DNA of 64,000 bases from Nannocystis pusilla (GTDB lineage Bacteria; Myxococcota_A; Polyangia; Nannocystales; Nannocystaceae), in assembly GCF_049337375.1 (NCBI RefSeq), contig NZ_JBMPIV010000015.1. One strand, written 5' to 3'. This document shows, in pieces, positions 1 through 10,473 of this stretch; position 1 is the first letter of the stretch, and every line of letters starts with the position of its first letter. A program made the translations under genes and the position numbers. The notes under the pieces were generated by a model. The model ran no database searches and was not told the origin of the DNA. It worked only from the letters and a program-made list of their open reading frames with translations.

Positions 1-38
1 CGAGAAGTCCCTGCGGACATGTCCCGAAGAACACCTGC

Positions 39-1607
39 TCAGTACAGCCGCAGCACCGCCACGCACGCGTCCCACAGCACGTGGGACACCAGCACCACGA
101 ACAGGCTGCGGGTCTTGAGCCCGAGCCAGGCCCAGAAGAAGCCCGCGCCCGCGGCCGCCACCACCAGCGCCGGCACCCCGAGGCTCACGTGCGCCACCGC
201 GAAGGCCGCCGCAGACGTCGCCGCGCCCCACCACGGCCCCGCGCGCGACGCCACCGCGAACGCCACCGCCCCGCGCCACACCACCTCCTCTGCCGCGGCG
301 ATCAGCGGAAGTAGCACCGCCGCGAGCCCGGCCGGCAGCAGGTGGACCCAGCTGTACACCGCGGCCACCTCGGCCCGCGCCTCCGGCGTCACCGCGAACA
401 GCACCTGGCTCCCGAGCCAGCCGGCCGCGACCAGCACCGCCGCCGCCATCACTCCCTGGACCCAGCCGCGCAGGCTCGGGCGCCACAGCTCGAGCCACGG
501 CAGCCGCACCGTCATCAGGCACAGCGGCACCAGCACCAGGTTGGCCGCCAGCATCCGCCACCACACGTGCGGCGTCAGCGAGCCGAGCGCCCAGATCAGC
601 GCCACCGCCAGCGGCACCAGCCAGGCCACGTGGATCGCGCCCTTGGAACATGTCCTGAAGAACATGTCCTCGTCGCCACGTCGCAGCCGCAGCGACAGCC
701 CCAACCACGGCTCGACCCCGGCCGACAGCGCCACGATCTTGGCCGCGGTCAGCGGCTGCGTCACCAGCCCGAGCTCGGCCGCCGCCGGGCCCGGATCGCC
801 GACCAGACCGTGGCTGAGCAGCCCGAGCTGCGCCCGCGTCAGCAGCGGATCCGGCAGCCTCTCGAGCCCCGCGACCGCGACCGCCAGCAGCGGGGCGGGG
901 CAGGGCACCAGAGTCACCGGCAGCGCCAGCGCGTCGGCCACCCGCGTCACAACCTCGCGCAGCGTCAGCACCTCCGGCCCGACCACGTCGTAGCAGCGCC
1001 CGATCGCCGCCGGTCGCTCCAGCGCCGCCGCGATCGCCAGCGCCACGTCCTCGACCAGCACCGGCTGCAGCGGCGCGTGGCCGCCGTCGGGGGCCGGGAA
1101 CACCGCCGCGTGGCGCAGCGTCGCCGCCAGGTTGCGCACGAAGTCGTCGCCCGGCCCGGCCACCGGCCCCGGGCGGAGGACCGTCCAGTCTGTCTCCGAG
1201 GACATGACCGAACGTTCAGCCTCTCGCTTCGTCGCCATGTACCGGGTCGGCCACGGCGGCTCCGCTCGCGGTCCCGCCACGCTGACGTGGACGAGCCGCC
1301 GGATCGCCGCCGCCCGCATCGCGGTCGTCAGCGCCGCCACCGTCGCCACGTGGGCCGAGTCGAACGACTGCCCCGGCTCCGCCCGCTTGATCCCCACCAG
1401 GTTGACCACCGCCTCGCAGCCCGTCAGCGCCGCCACCAGCTCGGGGCCTCCGCGGCTCACGTCCAGCTCTCGCCACACCAGCCCCGGCCGGTCGAAGCGG
1501 CCGCGACGGCCCCGCGACAGCCCCACCACCGCGTGACCGGCCTGCAGCAGCGCGTGGACGGTCGCCTGTCCGATGAACCCGCTCGCTCCGGCCACGGCGA
1601 CCTGCAT
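39..1607 (-). CDS. Fusion protein: N-terminal NAD(P)-binding epimerase/dehydratase (YfcH/NmrA-like) fused to a C-terminal CPBP/CAAX-family intramembrane metalloprotease domain
   Basis: ATG at 1607 gives MQVAVAGASGFIGQ (Rossmann GxxGxxG). The C-terminal half has multiple TM helices plus CPBP motifs EEVVWRG, FAVAHV, SHVLWD. It is a single uninterrupted ORF. The domain junction (DEDMFFRTCSKG) is encoded by a copy of the palindromic repeat at 641-672. Confidence 0.7.
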   Translation of the reverse strand: MQVAVAGASGFIGQATVHALLQAGHAVVGLSRGRRGRFDRPGLVWRELDVSRGGPELVAALTGCEAVVNLVGIKRAEPGQSFDSAHVATVAALTTAMRAAAIRRLVHVSVAGPRAEPPWPTRYMATKREAERSVMSSETDWTVLRPGPVAGPGDDFVRNLAATLRHAAVFPAPDGGHAPLQPVLVEDVALAIAAALERPAAIGRCYDVVGPEVLTLREVVTRVADALALPVTLVPCPAPLLAVAVAGLERLPDPLLTRAQLGLLSHGLVGDPGPAAAELGLVTQPLTAAKIVALSAGVEPWLGLSLRLRRGDEDMFFRTCSKGAIHVAWLVPLAVALIWALGSLTPHVWWRMLAANLVLVPLCLMTVRLPWLELWRPSLRGWVQGVMAAAVLVAAGWLGSQVLFAVTPEARAEVAAVYSWVHLLPAGLAAVLLPLIAAAEEVVWRGAVAFAVASRAGPWWGAATSAAAFAVAHVSLGVPALVVAAAGAGFFWAWLGLKTRSLFVVLVSHVLWDACVAVLRLY

Positions 1608-1702
1608 GCGAAGCCAGCCTCGCACCCGCCGGGCCCGCGGCGCAAGGCGGGATTTTGCTTCTCAAACGCCGTCCGCGCGCCTACAACAAAAATCAGACCC
1701 GC

Positions 1703-2785
1703 ATGTTCAGCGCCCTCGCCGATCACGCCTGCGCCCGCTTCGACCGCGTCATGCGGCACGGGCTTCGCCGCGTCCTCATGCAGCGCAACGAGCTCGACCG
1801 GCTCGCGCGGGCCGAGCTCGAGCGTCGCCTCGAGGTCGTCGCGCAGTACACCGACCCCGCCGTGCTCGCCGAGCCCGATCGCCTGCTCGCGCCGCCGGCG
1901 GCCCCGCCGCCGCTCGTCCCGCTCGCCGTGCGGCCGCTCGTCGACGGCCGCGCCACCCACTTCAGCTTCGCCTCGCCGTACCGCCCGCGCGACCCCGGCT
2001 ACGCCCGCGAGTACGCCACCTACGATCGCGTCGACACCGTCCACCTGCACGCCTGGCAGCACGACCGGCCCGCGCCCGCCTCGATCTTGCTCGCGCACGG
2101 CTGGTGCGTCGGCAACCGCCGCCTGCACGAGATCGAGTTCAGCATCTCCACCCTCTACCGGGACCTCGGCCTCGACGTCTACCTCTACGTCCAGCCGTTC
2201 CACAGCCTGCGCAAGCCGACCACCGCGCGCTTCTCGGGCGAGCTGTTCCCCTCGACCGATCTGGTGCGCACCAACGAGGCCTTCATCCAGACCGTCCAGG
2301 ACGTGCGCGCCGCCATCACCGCCATCCTGCGCCACAGCCCGGCGCCGCTCGGCATGATGGGCTCGAGCCTCGGCGGCTACACCTCGGCCCTGGTCGCCTC
2401 GATCGATCCGCGGCTGTCCTTCGTCGTCCCGATCATGGCCCCCGCCTCGTTCGCGCACCTCTTCTGGGATCACGGCGAGGGCGACTCGTTCCGCCGCCAG
2501 GCCGAGGCGCTCGGCATGACCCGCGAGCGCTTCCACAGCTCGTGGGCCCTGCACAGCCCCCTCTCGTACGAGCCCAAGGTCCCGTGGGAGCGCCGGCTCG
2601 TCGTCACCGCCCGCGGCGACGGCCTCGTCACCGAGGCCCACGCCGACGTGCTGTGGAACCACTGGCAGCGCCCGCGCCGCTTCCGCTTCACCGGCGGCCA
2701 CTTCCTGCAGCTCGGCCGCCGCGACTACATCCGCGAGCTGGCCCGCTTCCTCACCGACCTCCGCATCATCCCCGGGCCGCGCTGA
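1703..2785 (+). CDS. alpha/beta-fold hydrolase
   Basis: GSSLGG nucleophile elbow (GxSxG) and an HG-type oxyanion region (LAHGW). Divergent from the upstream gene. The start was chosen at the first ATG (MFSALADH) of the 1655..2785 ORF. Confidence 0.65.
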   Translation: MFSALADHACARFDRVMRHGLRRVLMQRNELDRLARAELERRLEVVAQYTDPAVLAEPDRLLAPPAAPPPLVPLAVRPLVDGRATHFSFASPYRPRDPGYAREYATYDRVDTVHLHAWQHDRPAPASILLAHGWCVGNRRLHEIEFSISTLYRDLGLDVYLYVQPFHSLRKPTTARFSGELFPSTDLVRTNEAFIQTVQDVRAAITAILRHSPAPLGMMGSSLGGYTSALVASIDPRLSFVVPIMAPASFAHLFWDHGEGDSFRRQAEALGMTRERFHSSWALHSPLSYEPKVPWERRLVVTARGDGLVTEAHADVLWNHWQRPRRFRFTGGHFLQLGRRDYIRELARFLTDLRIIPGPR

Positions 2786-2820
2786 GGCGCCGCAGGCCCC
2801 GCCGCTACAGTGCGGCTCGG

Positions 2821-2960
2821 GCGACGGCTCGAGATGTCTGAAGAGACATGCTCTTCCGAGCATTGTCATGGAGACATGCTCCGCAGAGCATGACCCATGG
2901 AACATGGCGTTGGAGACATTCCATTTCAGGCGTCTCCGAGAGCGCCGCACTCCCCCGGCC
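2821..2960. repeat. Cluster of REP-like palindromes (GAGACATGCTC / GAGCATGTC units) downstream of the hydrolase gene
   Basis: Direct reading: gagacatgctcttccgagcattgtcatggagacatgctccgcagagcatgacccatggaacatgg. These are nested inverted repeats built on a CATG core. Confidence 0.8.
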
Positions 2961-3811
2961 GCCGCAGCGTGCTCGGGTCGACCCACCGGCCGCCCGCTTC
3001 GGGCGATGCGTCCGCGCGGCGCGAGGCAGGGCTCGGCCGCGGCGGCCCGACGCGAACGGGCAGGCACCCCGCGCCTCTGGCTCGGCCGCGACGGGGCAGG
3101 GACCGCGTCCCGGGCTCTCGGCGCACACCAGCCGATCCCGACCCGGCAGGTCCGCTGCGCCGTCGTGGCCGTCGCGCCGGGCGCCGACGCGCGTCGAATC
3201 GCCGGCCGCGCTCCGTTCCAGCCTCGCTGAACCGGACAGTCGTACTCCGCCGCGGCGCCGAGACCGTCGTGCCGATCGGCGCACTGCGCTTCGTCCGTCG
3301 GCTCCAGCGCTCACCGAGCGACGTCGCCTGCGCCGCCCCGCGATCGAACAACGCGTTTCACTTCGCCTCGACCGCCGACGCGGGCCACGAATGACGCCGC
3401 AAGAATCGGCCCGCGCGCGCCGACCGAGCCTGAAGGGACAGGCGGCGGGCCGACCGACCTCATCGACCGTGCAGCCGCGAGCGCGGGTCAACCTCGCGAC
3501 CGACGACCGTGCTCCGACGAGCCTCGCTCCGGCTCGGCGCCGCGGGCCCGCAGCAAACGCCTCGGCGTGCCTCTCCGCCGCAAGGGAAGGGCGACCGGCT
3601 CGGCGCCGACGCCAGGCCGTCGCCGTCCTTCTTCATGCTTCATCGCGCCGGGCCTGTGCCGCGCATCACCGATGCGTCGCAGCGACCTTCTTACACCGGC
3701 GATGCTCGCCCACATCCCCGGGCGGCCCGAGCTCGCGATCGTCGCGTCGCGCCGGGACCGCCAGCGCTTCGCTTCCTTGATCTCCTCCGCGTGCTCTGGC
3801 AGCATGATGCT

Positions 3812-4786
3812 GTGCGGTTAGGTCTTGGCGCGCGCCCGGCGGGCGTCGCCGTTCTCTTCTCGTGGCTGGTAGCGACCGGGTGTAGCCCCGGGCGGTCCGA
3901 CGCGGCCTCGCGCGGCACCGACGGCGAGGGCAGCACCGTGGCGACCGCCGGCGAGGGCAGCACCACCGGCACCGCCGGCAGCACGAGCACCGGCGACGCC
4001 GCCACCAGCACGCCGGTCACCGGCACCGGCGCCCTCGTCACGCCGCCGCCCGACCTCGCGCCCGAGCTCCCGCCCGCGCCCGTCGAGCCGTGCGAGTCGC
4101 ACGCGGTCGAGGCCGACTGCGACGCCGCCGGTTGCATCTGGTTCGCCACCGAGCGCCTCGCCGATCGCTCGACCTGCGCCTTCGAGGCTGCGGGCTTCTG
4201 CGCCACCGCCAGCGCCTCGACCGGCGACGAGGACTACGACTCCACCTTCTACAAGCGGGTCGGCGACGTCGTCCACGTCCGCCGCGTCGGTCGCAAGGCC
4301 GGCGAATTCCCCGGCCCCGAGCATCCTGCGGGCTGGACCGAGTGCGGCCTCGGCTCGCAGGATCCCGAGGCGTGCGCCTGCGTGTGCGCGGCCGGCCGCT
4401 GTCCGGGTGACATCGCCCTCGCGCTGCTCGACGCCTGCGCCTCGCCGCGCCCGTGCGACGACGAGGTCGCCGGCGACGCCTGCCTCTACCAGGCGCTCGC
4501 CGCCGAGGCCGCCGCCAGCCTCCGCGTCGAGAGCCTCGTCGGCACCCGCGACATCGACGACCGCGTGTTCCTCCGCGGCGACGGCACCGCGACCTGGATG
4601 CGCAGCACCTGCGACCCGCGCGACGCCAGCTGCCGCGACCGCAAGTGGGAGCTGCCGCGCCTGTGCTCCCTGCGCGACCGCGCCGGCTTCCTCGCCTGCG
4701 CCGCGGCCGACCCGGCCGACCCGCAGTGCCGCGACGTGGCCGCCTGGTTCTCGGATTGCAAGCTGGCCCCCGCGACATGTCCGTAA
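3812..4786 (+). CDS. Cys-rich secreted lipoprotein, function unknown
   Basis: In-frame GTG at 3812 gives MRLGLGARPAGVAVLFSWLVATGCS, a signal peptide with an LVATGC lipobox. A Thr/Gly-rich linker is followed by about 20 Cys. Codon usage is consistent with real coding. The upstream part of ORF 3509..4786 was rejected. Confidence 0.5.
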   Translation: MRLGLGARPAGVAVLFSWLVATGCSPGRSDAASRGTDGEGSTVATAGEGSTTGTAGSTSTGDAATSTPVTGTGALVTPPPDLAPELPPAPVEPCESHAVEADCDAAGCIWFATERLADRSTCAFEAAGFCATASASTGDEDYDSTFYKRVGDVVHVRRVGRKAGEFPGPEHPAGWTECGLGSQDPEACACVCAAGRCPGDIALALLDACASPRPCDDEVAGDACLYQALAAEAAASLRVESLVGTRDIDDRVFLRGDGTATWMRSTCDPRDASCRDRKWELPRLCSLRDRAGFLACAAADPADPQCRDVAAWFSDCKLAPATCP

Positions 4787-5106
4787 GGGCAGCCTTCGGG
4801 CGCCGGCTGCGGCTGTCCTCGCAGACCTGTCCCATCGGCCAGCTCGCGTCCCACCGACTCGACTCGCGGCCGCCGAAGCTCCAGGCGTGAACGGTCCTCC
4901 GTCCGACCCGGCCGAGACGGCTCCGCGCCGGGCTCGACCGCCCGGTGATTTCGCCGCCCGCCAGCCGGCCGTCATCGAGCCCGAGGCCGTGTGAGGCGAC
5001 GAGCCCTGCCATCAAGCCTCGTTTTCGGTCGCCCTCCGCGGCCCTCGCCCGTTCGCGCGAAATCGCCCCTCGCACCTGCAGCACGACCTCGGCTACCGTT
5101 CTCGCC

Positions 5107-5664
5107 GTGTTGCAGGTCAAGAAGTACGGCAACCGTCGGCTCTACGACACCGAGGGCAGCCGGTACGTCACCCTCGAGGAGATCGCCGAGCGCGTGCGCA
5201 TGGGCGAGGACCTCAAGGTCGTCGACGCCAAGAGCGGGCAGGACCTCACCCAGGTCACGCTCGCGCAGATCATCCTCGAGAGCCGCGGCGCCGCGCGCCT
5301 GCTCCCGGTGTCCCTGCTCAAGCAGCTCGTGCGCATGCGGGACGACGCCCTCGCCGAGTTCTTCGGCCGCTACATCGCCTGGGCCCTCGAGGTCTACCTG
5401 CAGCTCAAGGGGGGCGCGCGCGCCGTCGTCCCGTGGAACCCGCTGGCCGACCTGGCGATGCCCGGGATCCTCAAGCGGTGGTTCGGCGGGGCCCCGCCCG
5501 TGGCCGGCGAGCCGGCGCCGCCGCCGTTCCCCGACGAGCCGCCGCCGCCCGAGCCTGGCGGCATGTCCGACGAGCTGGCCGCGTTGCGGCGCGAGCTCGC
5601 CGAGCTGCGGCGGACCGTCGAGGACGGCAAGCCCCCCCGCAAGGGCAGGCGGCCCGCCTCCTGA
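5107..5664 (+). CDS. phaR: PHA synthesis repressor PhaR (PHB/PHA accumulation regulator, DNA-binding)
   Basis: VLQVKKYGNRRLYDTEGSRYVTLEEIAERVRMGEDLKVVDAKSGQDLTQVTLAQIILE matches the PhaR N-terminal signature (KKYxNRRLYDT). There is an in-frame GTG at 5107, and a Pro-rich, coiled-coil C-terminus. Confidence 0.7.
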   Translation: MLQVKKYGNRRLYDTEGSRYVTLEEIAERVRMGEDLKVVDAKSGQDLTQVTLAQIILESRGAARLLPVSLLKQLVRMRDDALAEFFGRYIAWALEVYLQLKGGARAVVPWNPLADLAMPGILKRWFGGAPPVAGEPAPPPFPDEPPPPEPGGMSDELAALRRELAELRRTVEDGKPPRKGRRPAS

Positions 5665-5802
5665 GCCGTTTGTGCGCTGCACAAATCAGGCCTTGATCTC
5701 GGGCCGCGTCGGCCTATCCTCGGCCGGCAGACCCCGGCAGGCCGTTTCGCATGTGCAGCACGGCCGGGCCTTCGGGTAGCCTCGGGAGCGGAGGATCTTC
5801 GC

Positions 5803-7326
<1,524 letters not shown>

Positions 7327-7339
7327 GACTTTATTCGCC

Positions 7340-7738
7340 ATGTCCCAAGAGACAGCCCCCAGGAACCTCACCGCCCGGATCCTCCGGCTCGTCGGCTACC
7401 TCACCGACCCCAAGAGCGGCCCCGGGAAGTGGTGGATGCGCTTCGAGGGCGCCTCGACCGGCGTCATGACGCGCCTGGCCACCAGCCCGCGCTACCTCAA
7501 GCTCGCGGGCCGCGGGCTGCAGAAGATGTTCCACCTCCACCGCGACGTCGTCGACCTCACCGAGGAGGTCCTGCACTTCTGGCGCGTGCCGACCCTCGGC
7601 GACTTCGACGAGGTGCGGGCGCAGCTGCGGCGGGCCGAGGACCGGCTCGAGATCACCACCACCCAGCTCGAGCTCGCGCTTCAGCTGCTGGAGAAGCTGC
7701 AGGCCGAGCTGGCCCGCTCGGTCCGGGGGGCCGCGTGA
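7340..7738 (+). CDS. Small coiled-coil protein, putative PHA synthase accessory subunit (PhaE/PhaR-like of class III/IV synthases)
   Basis: 132 aa with a C-terminal heptad-like coiled coil (TTQLELALQLLEKLQAELA). Its stop overlaps the phaC start (GTGA at 7735-7738), implying translational coupling with phaC. Confidence 0.5.
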   Translation: MSQETAPRNLTARILRLVGYLTDPKSGPGKWWMRFEGASTGVMTRLATSPRYLKLAGRGLQKMFHLHRDVVDLTEEVLHFWRVPTLGDFDEVRAQLRRAEDRLEITTTQLELALQLLEKLQAELARSVRGAA

Positions 7739-8880
7739 CGACGCCGTTTTCGCGGGTCAAGGGCGCCGCGCGCAAGCTCGCGGACATGGCCGAAGGGACA
7801 GCCACGATCGGCGCCGCCTGGCAGCGGGCGCTGCGCGACCGCGCCATCAGCCCGACCCGCTACCTGGCGCCGCTGGTCAAGCGCGCCACCGGGCTCGGCG
7901 ATCCGCCGGTCAACTCGACGCCGAAGCGGGTCGTGTACGCGCGCGGCGGCATGAAGCTGATCCGCTTCGAGCCGGCCGTGCGTCGCTTCCGCACCCCGAT
8001 CCTGTTCGTCTACTCGCTGATCAACCGCTACTACATCCTCGACTTCCTGCCGGGTCGCAGCCTGATCGAGTTCATGACCCAGCAGGGCTTCGACGTCTAC
8101 GCCATCGACTGGGGCACGCCCGGCGCGGTCGAGCAGGACATGACCTGGGACGACCTGCTCGGCGGCTTCGTCGAGGCCGCCAAGCGGTGGGTCTTCAAGC
8201 TGTCCGGCGCCGACGACCTGACGATGTACGGCTACTGCATGGGCGGCACGATGGCGCTGGCCGCCGCGGCGCTCCACCCGAACGGCGTGCGCAACTTCGT
8301 CGCCCAGGCCACCCCGGTCGACTTCAAGCACGGTGGCATCTTCACCACCTGGACCGACCCCGAGTTCTTCGACGTCGACAGCATGGTCGACGCCTACGGC
8401 AACGTCCCGATCGACCTGATGGAGTCGGGCTTCTCGATGATGGCCCCGGTGCAGCGGATCTCGAAGTGGTTCGAGGTGTTCCGCCGCCTCGACGACCGCG
8501 ACTTCGTCACCAACTTCCTCGCCATGGAGCACTGGGCCGCCGACAACGTGCCGTTCCCCGGCGAGGTGTACCGGCAGTACATCCGCGACTGCTACCAGGA
8601 GAACAACTTCTTCGAGGGCCGCATGATCGTCGGCGGCCGGCGCGTCGATCTGCGCCAGATCCACGGCCCGCTGCTCGTCCTCGTCGCCGACAACGACACC
8701 ATCGCCCCGCCGCCCTCGTCGGAGGCGCTGCTCGGCGCCGTGGGCTCGACCGACAAGACCCTGCTGCGGTTCCCGGTCGGGCACATCGGCCTGTCGACCT
8801 CGAGCAAGGGCCCCAGGGTCATCTGGCCGAAGATCGCCGGCTGGCTCGCCGAGCACAGCGAGCCGCTGTCGCCCGGGTGA
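7735..8880 (+). CDS. phaC: Poly(3-hydroxyalkanoate) synthase PhaC, class III/IV type
   Basis: About 380 aa alpha/beta hydrolase with a lipase-box carrying Cys: GYCMGGTMA. Similar over its full length to short PhaC subunits (ILFVYSLINRYYILDF, DDTIAPP, HIGL). GTG start at 7735 overlaps the upstream stop. Confidence 0.85.
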   Translation: MTTPFSRVKGAARKLADMAEGTATIGAAWQRALRDRAISPTRYLAPLVKRATGLGDPPVNSTPKRVVYARGGMKLIRFEPAVRRFRTPILFVYSLINRYYILDFLPGRSLIEFMTQQGFDVYAIDWGTPGAVEQDMTWDDLLGGFVEAAKRWVFKLSGADDLTMYGYCMGGTMALAAAALHPNGVRNFVAQATPVDFKHGGIFTTWTDPEFFDVDSMVDAYGNVPIDLMESGFSMMAPVQRISKWFEVFRRLDDRDFVTNFLAMEHWAADNVPFPGEVYRQYIRDCYQENNFFEGRMIVGGRRVDLRQIHGPLLVLVADNDTIAPPPSSEALLGAVGSTDKTLLRFPVGHIGLSTSSKGPRVIWPKIAGWLAEHSEPLSPG

Positions 8881-8901
8881 GGCCCCGGGCGAGCCTTCGC
8901 G

Positions 8902-10422
8902 TCACTGTCCGAGCCACGTCGAGATCTGGGCGGCCGCCGTCGGGTGCCAGCCCAGCTTGAGGTGGTTGATGTCCTTCAGGACAGCCGAGTCGGTGAGCGT
9001 CCCGATCCCGTCGGTCGCCGCGCAGCTGTCGACGAACACCACGCCGTCGCTCGGCCCGGCGATCTCGTTGGGGATCCCCGGGATCAGCACGCTGTTGTCG
9101 CCCAGGTTCAGGTCGCCGCACAGCAGGTGCGTCGAGATCGAGGCCGGGATGCCGGCGTCGATCATGTCGGCGATCACCGAGCCCTGCTGGATCGCGTAGT
9201 CGATGCCCTTGCCGCGGGCGTACACGCCCTTGTACTGGCCTTCGCCGTAGTAGGTCGATTCGCTGTCGCCGACGATCCACTGCATCAGCCCGTTGTTGGC
9301 CGTGCCGGTCAGCGGATACACGTCGTCCCACGCCGCGAGCATCTGCAGCTGCCCGCGGTAGTTGTCGCCGGCGGCCGACTTGTAGATCGCGTACTCCGAG
9401 CGGTCCTCCCACAGGCCGAAGATCAGCAGCTCGTCGTGCGGCCCGGGCGCGTGGATCTTGCCGCCGAAGTCGGCGTAGACGCCGGCGTTGTGGGCCGTGC
9501 CGTAGCGGAAGATGTAGTCGAAGCCGAGGTTCGGCCCGCCGATCAGGATCAGCTTGTCGATGTCGTCGCGGTACTCGAGGTGTCCGCCGGTGAGGCCCGA
9601 CGCGTACATGCGCGTCGACATCACGCCCTTGCTCCACCCGATCACGTCGACCTTCTCGACCCCGGTGCGCTCGCGGATGATGTCGATGGCCCACGCGATC
9701 TGCAGGGCCCAGAACACGTTGTCGCCCTGGCTGTGCGCGTGCGAGACCGCGAACACGCGGTGGCCCGCGGCGGCCAGCTCCTGCATCAGGCCGATGTCGG
9801 GGCAGGTCGACTGACCGCAGCCGAAGTCGCCGCTCTCGCCGGGGTTGGCCCACGCGCGGTCGGCCTGGTCGTTGGCGCCGTGCGCCAGCAGCACCGTCGA
9901 CTTGGCGCCGTTGTTCCAGCCGGGCGCGTAGTACAGCAAGAAGCGCCCGCTGTGCGGCACCGGGTCGTTGCCGAAGAACTCGAGCCGCTGCCCGGTCTGG
10001 TGGGCCCGCTGATCGAGGTCGAACCGATCCTCTTGAATGAAGAACGGATCGGGGTCGAACCACCGCTCGACGCGGACCCAGCCGTTCAAGATGCCGTCCT
10101 CGAACGTGTCCTCGAGGACGAGCCCATGCAGCCCGTCGCCGCCGGTCTCGGTGGTCGTGCCCGTCGGCGCGGTCGGGTCGTCGGTCGTCGTCGAGGTGGT
10201 CGCGGGCGGCTCGGTCGTCGTCCCCGTCGGCGGCTCGTCGCCGGTCGACGTCGGCCCCGTCGTCGCAGTGCCGGTCGCGTCGCTCGCGGCGGTCGAATCG
10301 GTGCCCGGCGTGGAGTCGGTCACCGCCGCGGTCGTCGCGTCGGTGTCGCCGCCATCTTGCGGCGTACAGGCGAGGAGGAGGGTGAGGGCGGCCCAGGGAC
10401 GGCGTGTTCGCATGTGCAGCAA
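8902..10422 (-). CDS. Secreted lipoprotein lipase/esterase (alpha/beta hydrolase) with Thr/Pro-rich linker
   Basis: Signal peptide plus lipobox (ALTLLLAC), a long T/P/G linker, then a lipase-like domain with GWSKG (GxSxG) and HG oxyanion (LLAHGAND). Confidence 0.8.
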   Translation of the reverse strand: MLHMRTRRPWAALTLLLACTPQDGGDTDATTAAVTDSTPGTDSTAASDATGTATTGPTSTGDEPPTGTTTEPPATTSTTTDDPTAPTGTTTETGGDGLHGLVLEDTFEDGILNGWVRVERWFDPDPFFIQEDRFDLDQRAHQTGQRLEFFGNDPVPHSGRFLLYYAPGWNNGAKSTVLLAHGANDQADRAWANPGESGDFGCGQSTCPDIGLMQELAAAGHRVFAVSHAHSQGDNVFWALQIAWAIDIIRERTGVEKVDVIGWSKGVMSTRMYASGLTGGHLEYRDDIDKLILIGGPNLGFDYIFRYGTAHNAGVYADFGGKIHAPGPHDELLIFGLWEDRSEYAIYKSAAGDNYRGQLQMLAAWDDVYPLTGTANNGLMQWIVGDSESTYYGEGQYKGVYARGKGIDYAIQQGSVIADMIDAGIPASISTHLLCGDLNLGDNSVLIPGIPNEIAGPSDGVVFVDSCAATDGIGTLTDSAVLKDINHLKLGWHPTAAAQISTWLGQ

Positions 10423-10473
10423 TTTAGCCCATTCCTCGCCGGCGCCAAAGCGCGCACAAGCCCGCTTTGGCGG

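Noticed and set aside
2848-3780. Long ORFs in the six-frame track rich in Arg/Pro/Ala/Gly. Examples: 342..2357, 1457..3067, 2848..3780, 3818..4975, 4038..5132, 5686..7371, 5751..7469, 8819..10063, 8944..11553, 11550..14624, 12697..14301, 15120..17987, 15656..18097, 18587..20497, 21580..24549, 24083..27328, 24427..27777 (except its gspG tail), 27657..28841, 35839..37236, 37110..39887, 42479..46090, 53575..55149, 55146..57521, 57266..58909, 58506..59921, 60088..61434, 63118..63981.
   Set aside because: These are typical antisense or frame-shifted read-throughs of a 72% GC genome. They have extreme Arg/Pro content, no recognisable motifs, and each overlaps a well-supported gene in another frame or strand.
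7429-7734. Upstream extensions of real genes allowed by the absence of stops. Examples: phaC from 7429, the hydrolase from 11766, the Cys-rich protein from 12844, pgi from 56909, MATE from 55971, gspJ from 29136, gspM from 33250, regulators from 19274 and 35722.
   Set aside because: Internal ATG/GTG starts coincide with RBS-like GGAGG motifs or with stop/start overlaps, and the upstream segments are compositionally abnormal.
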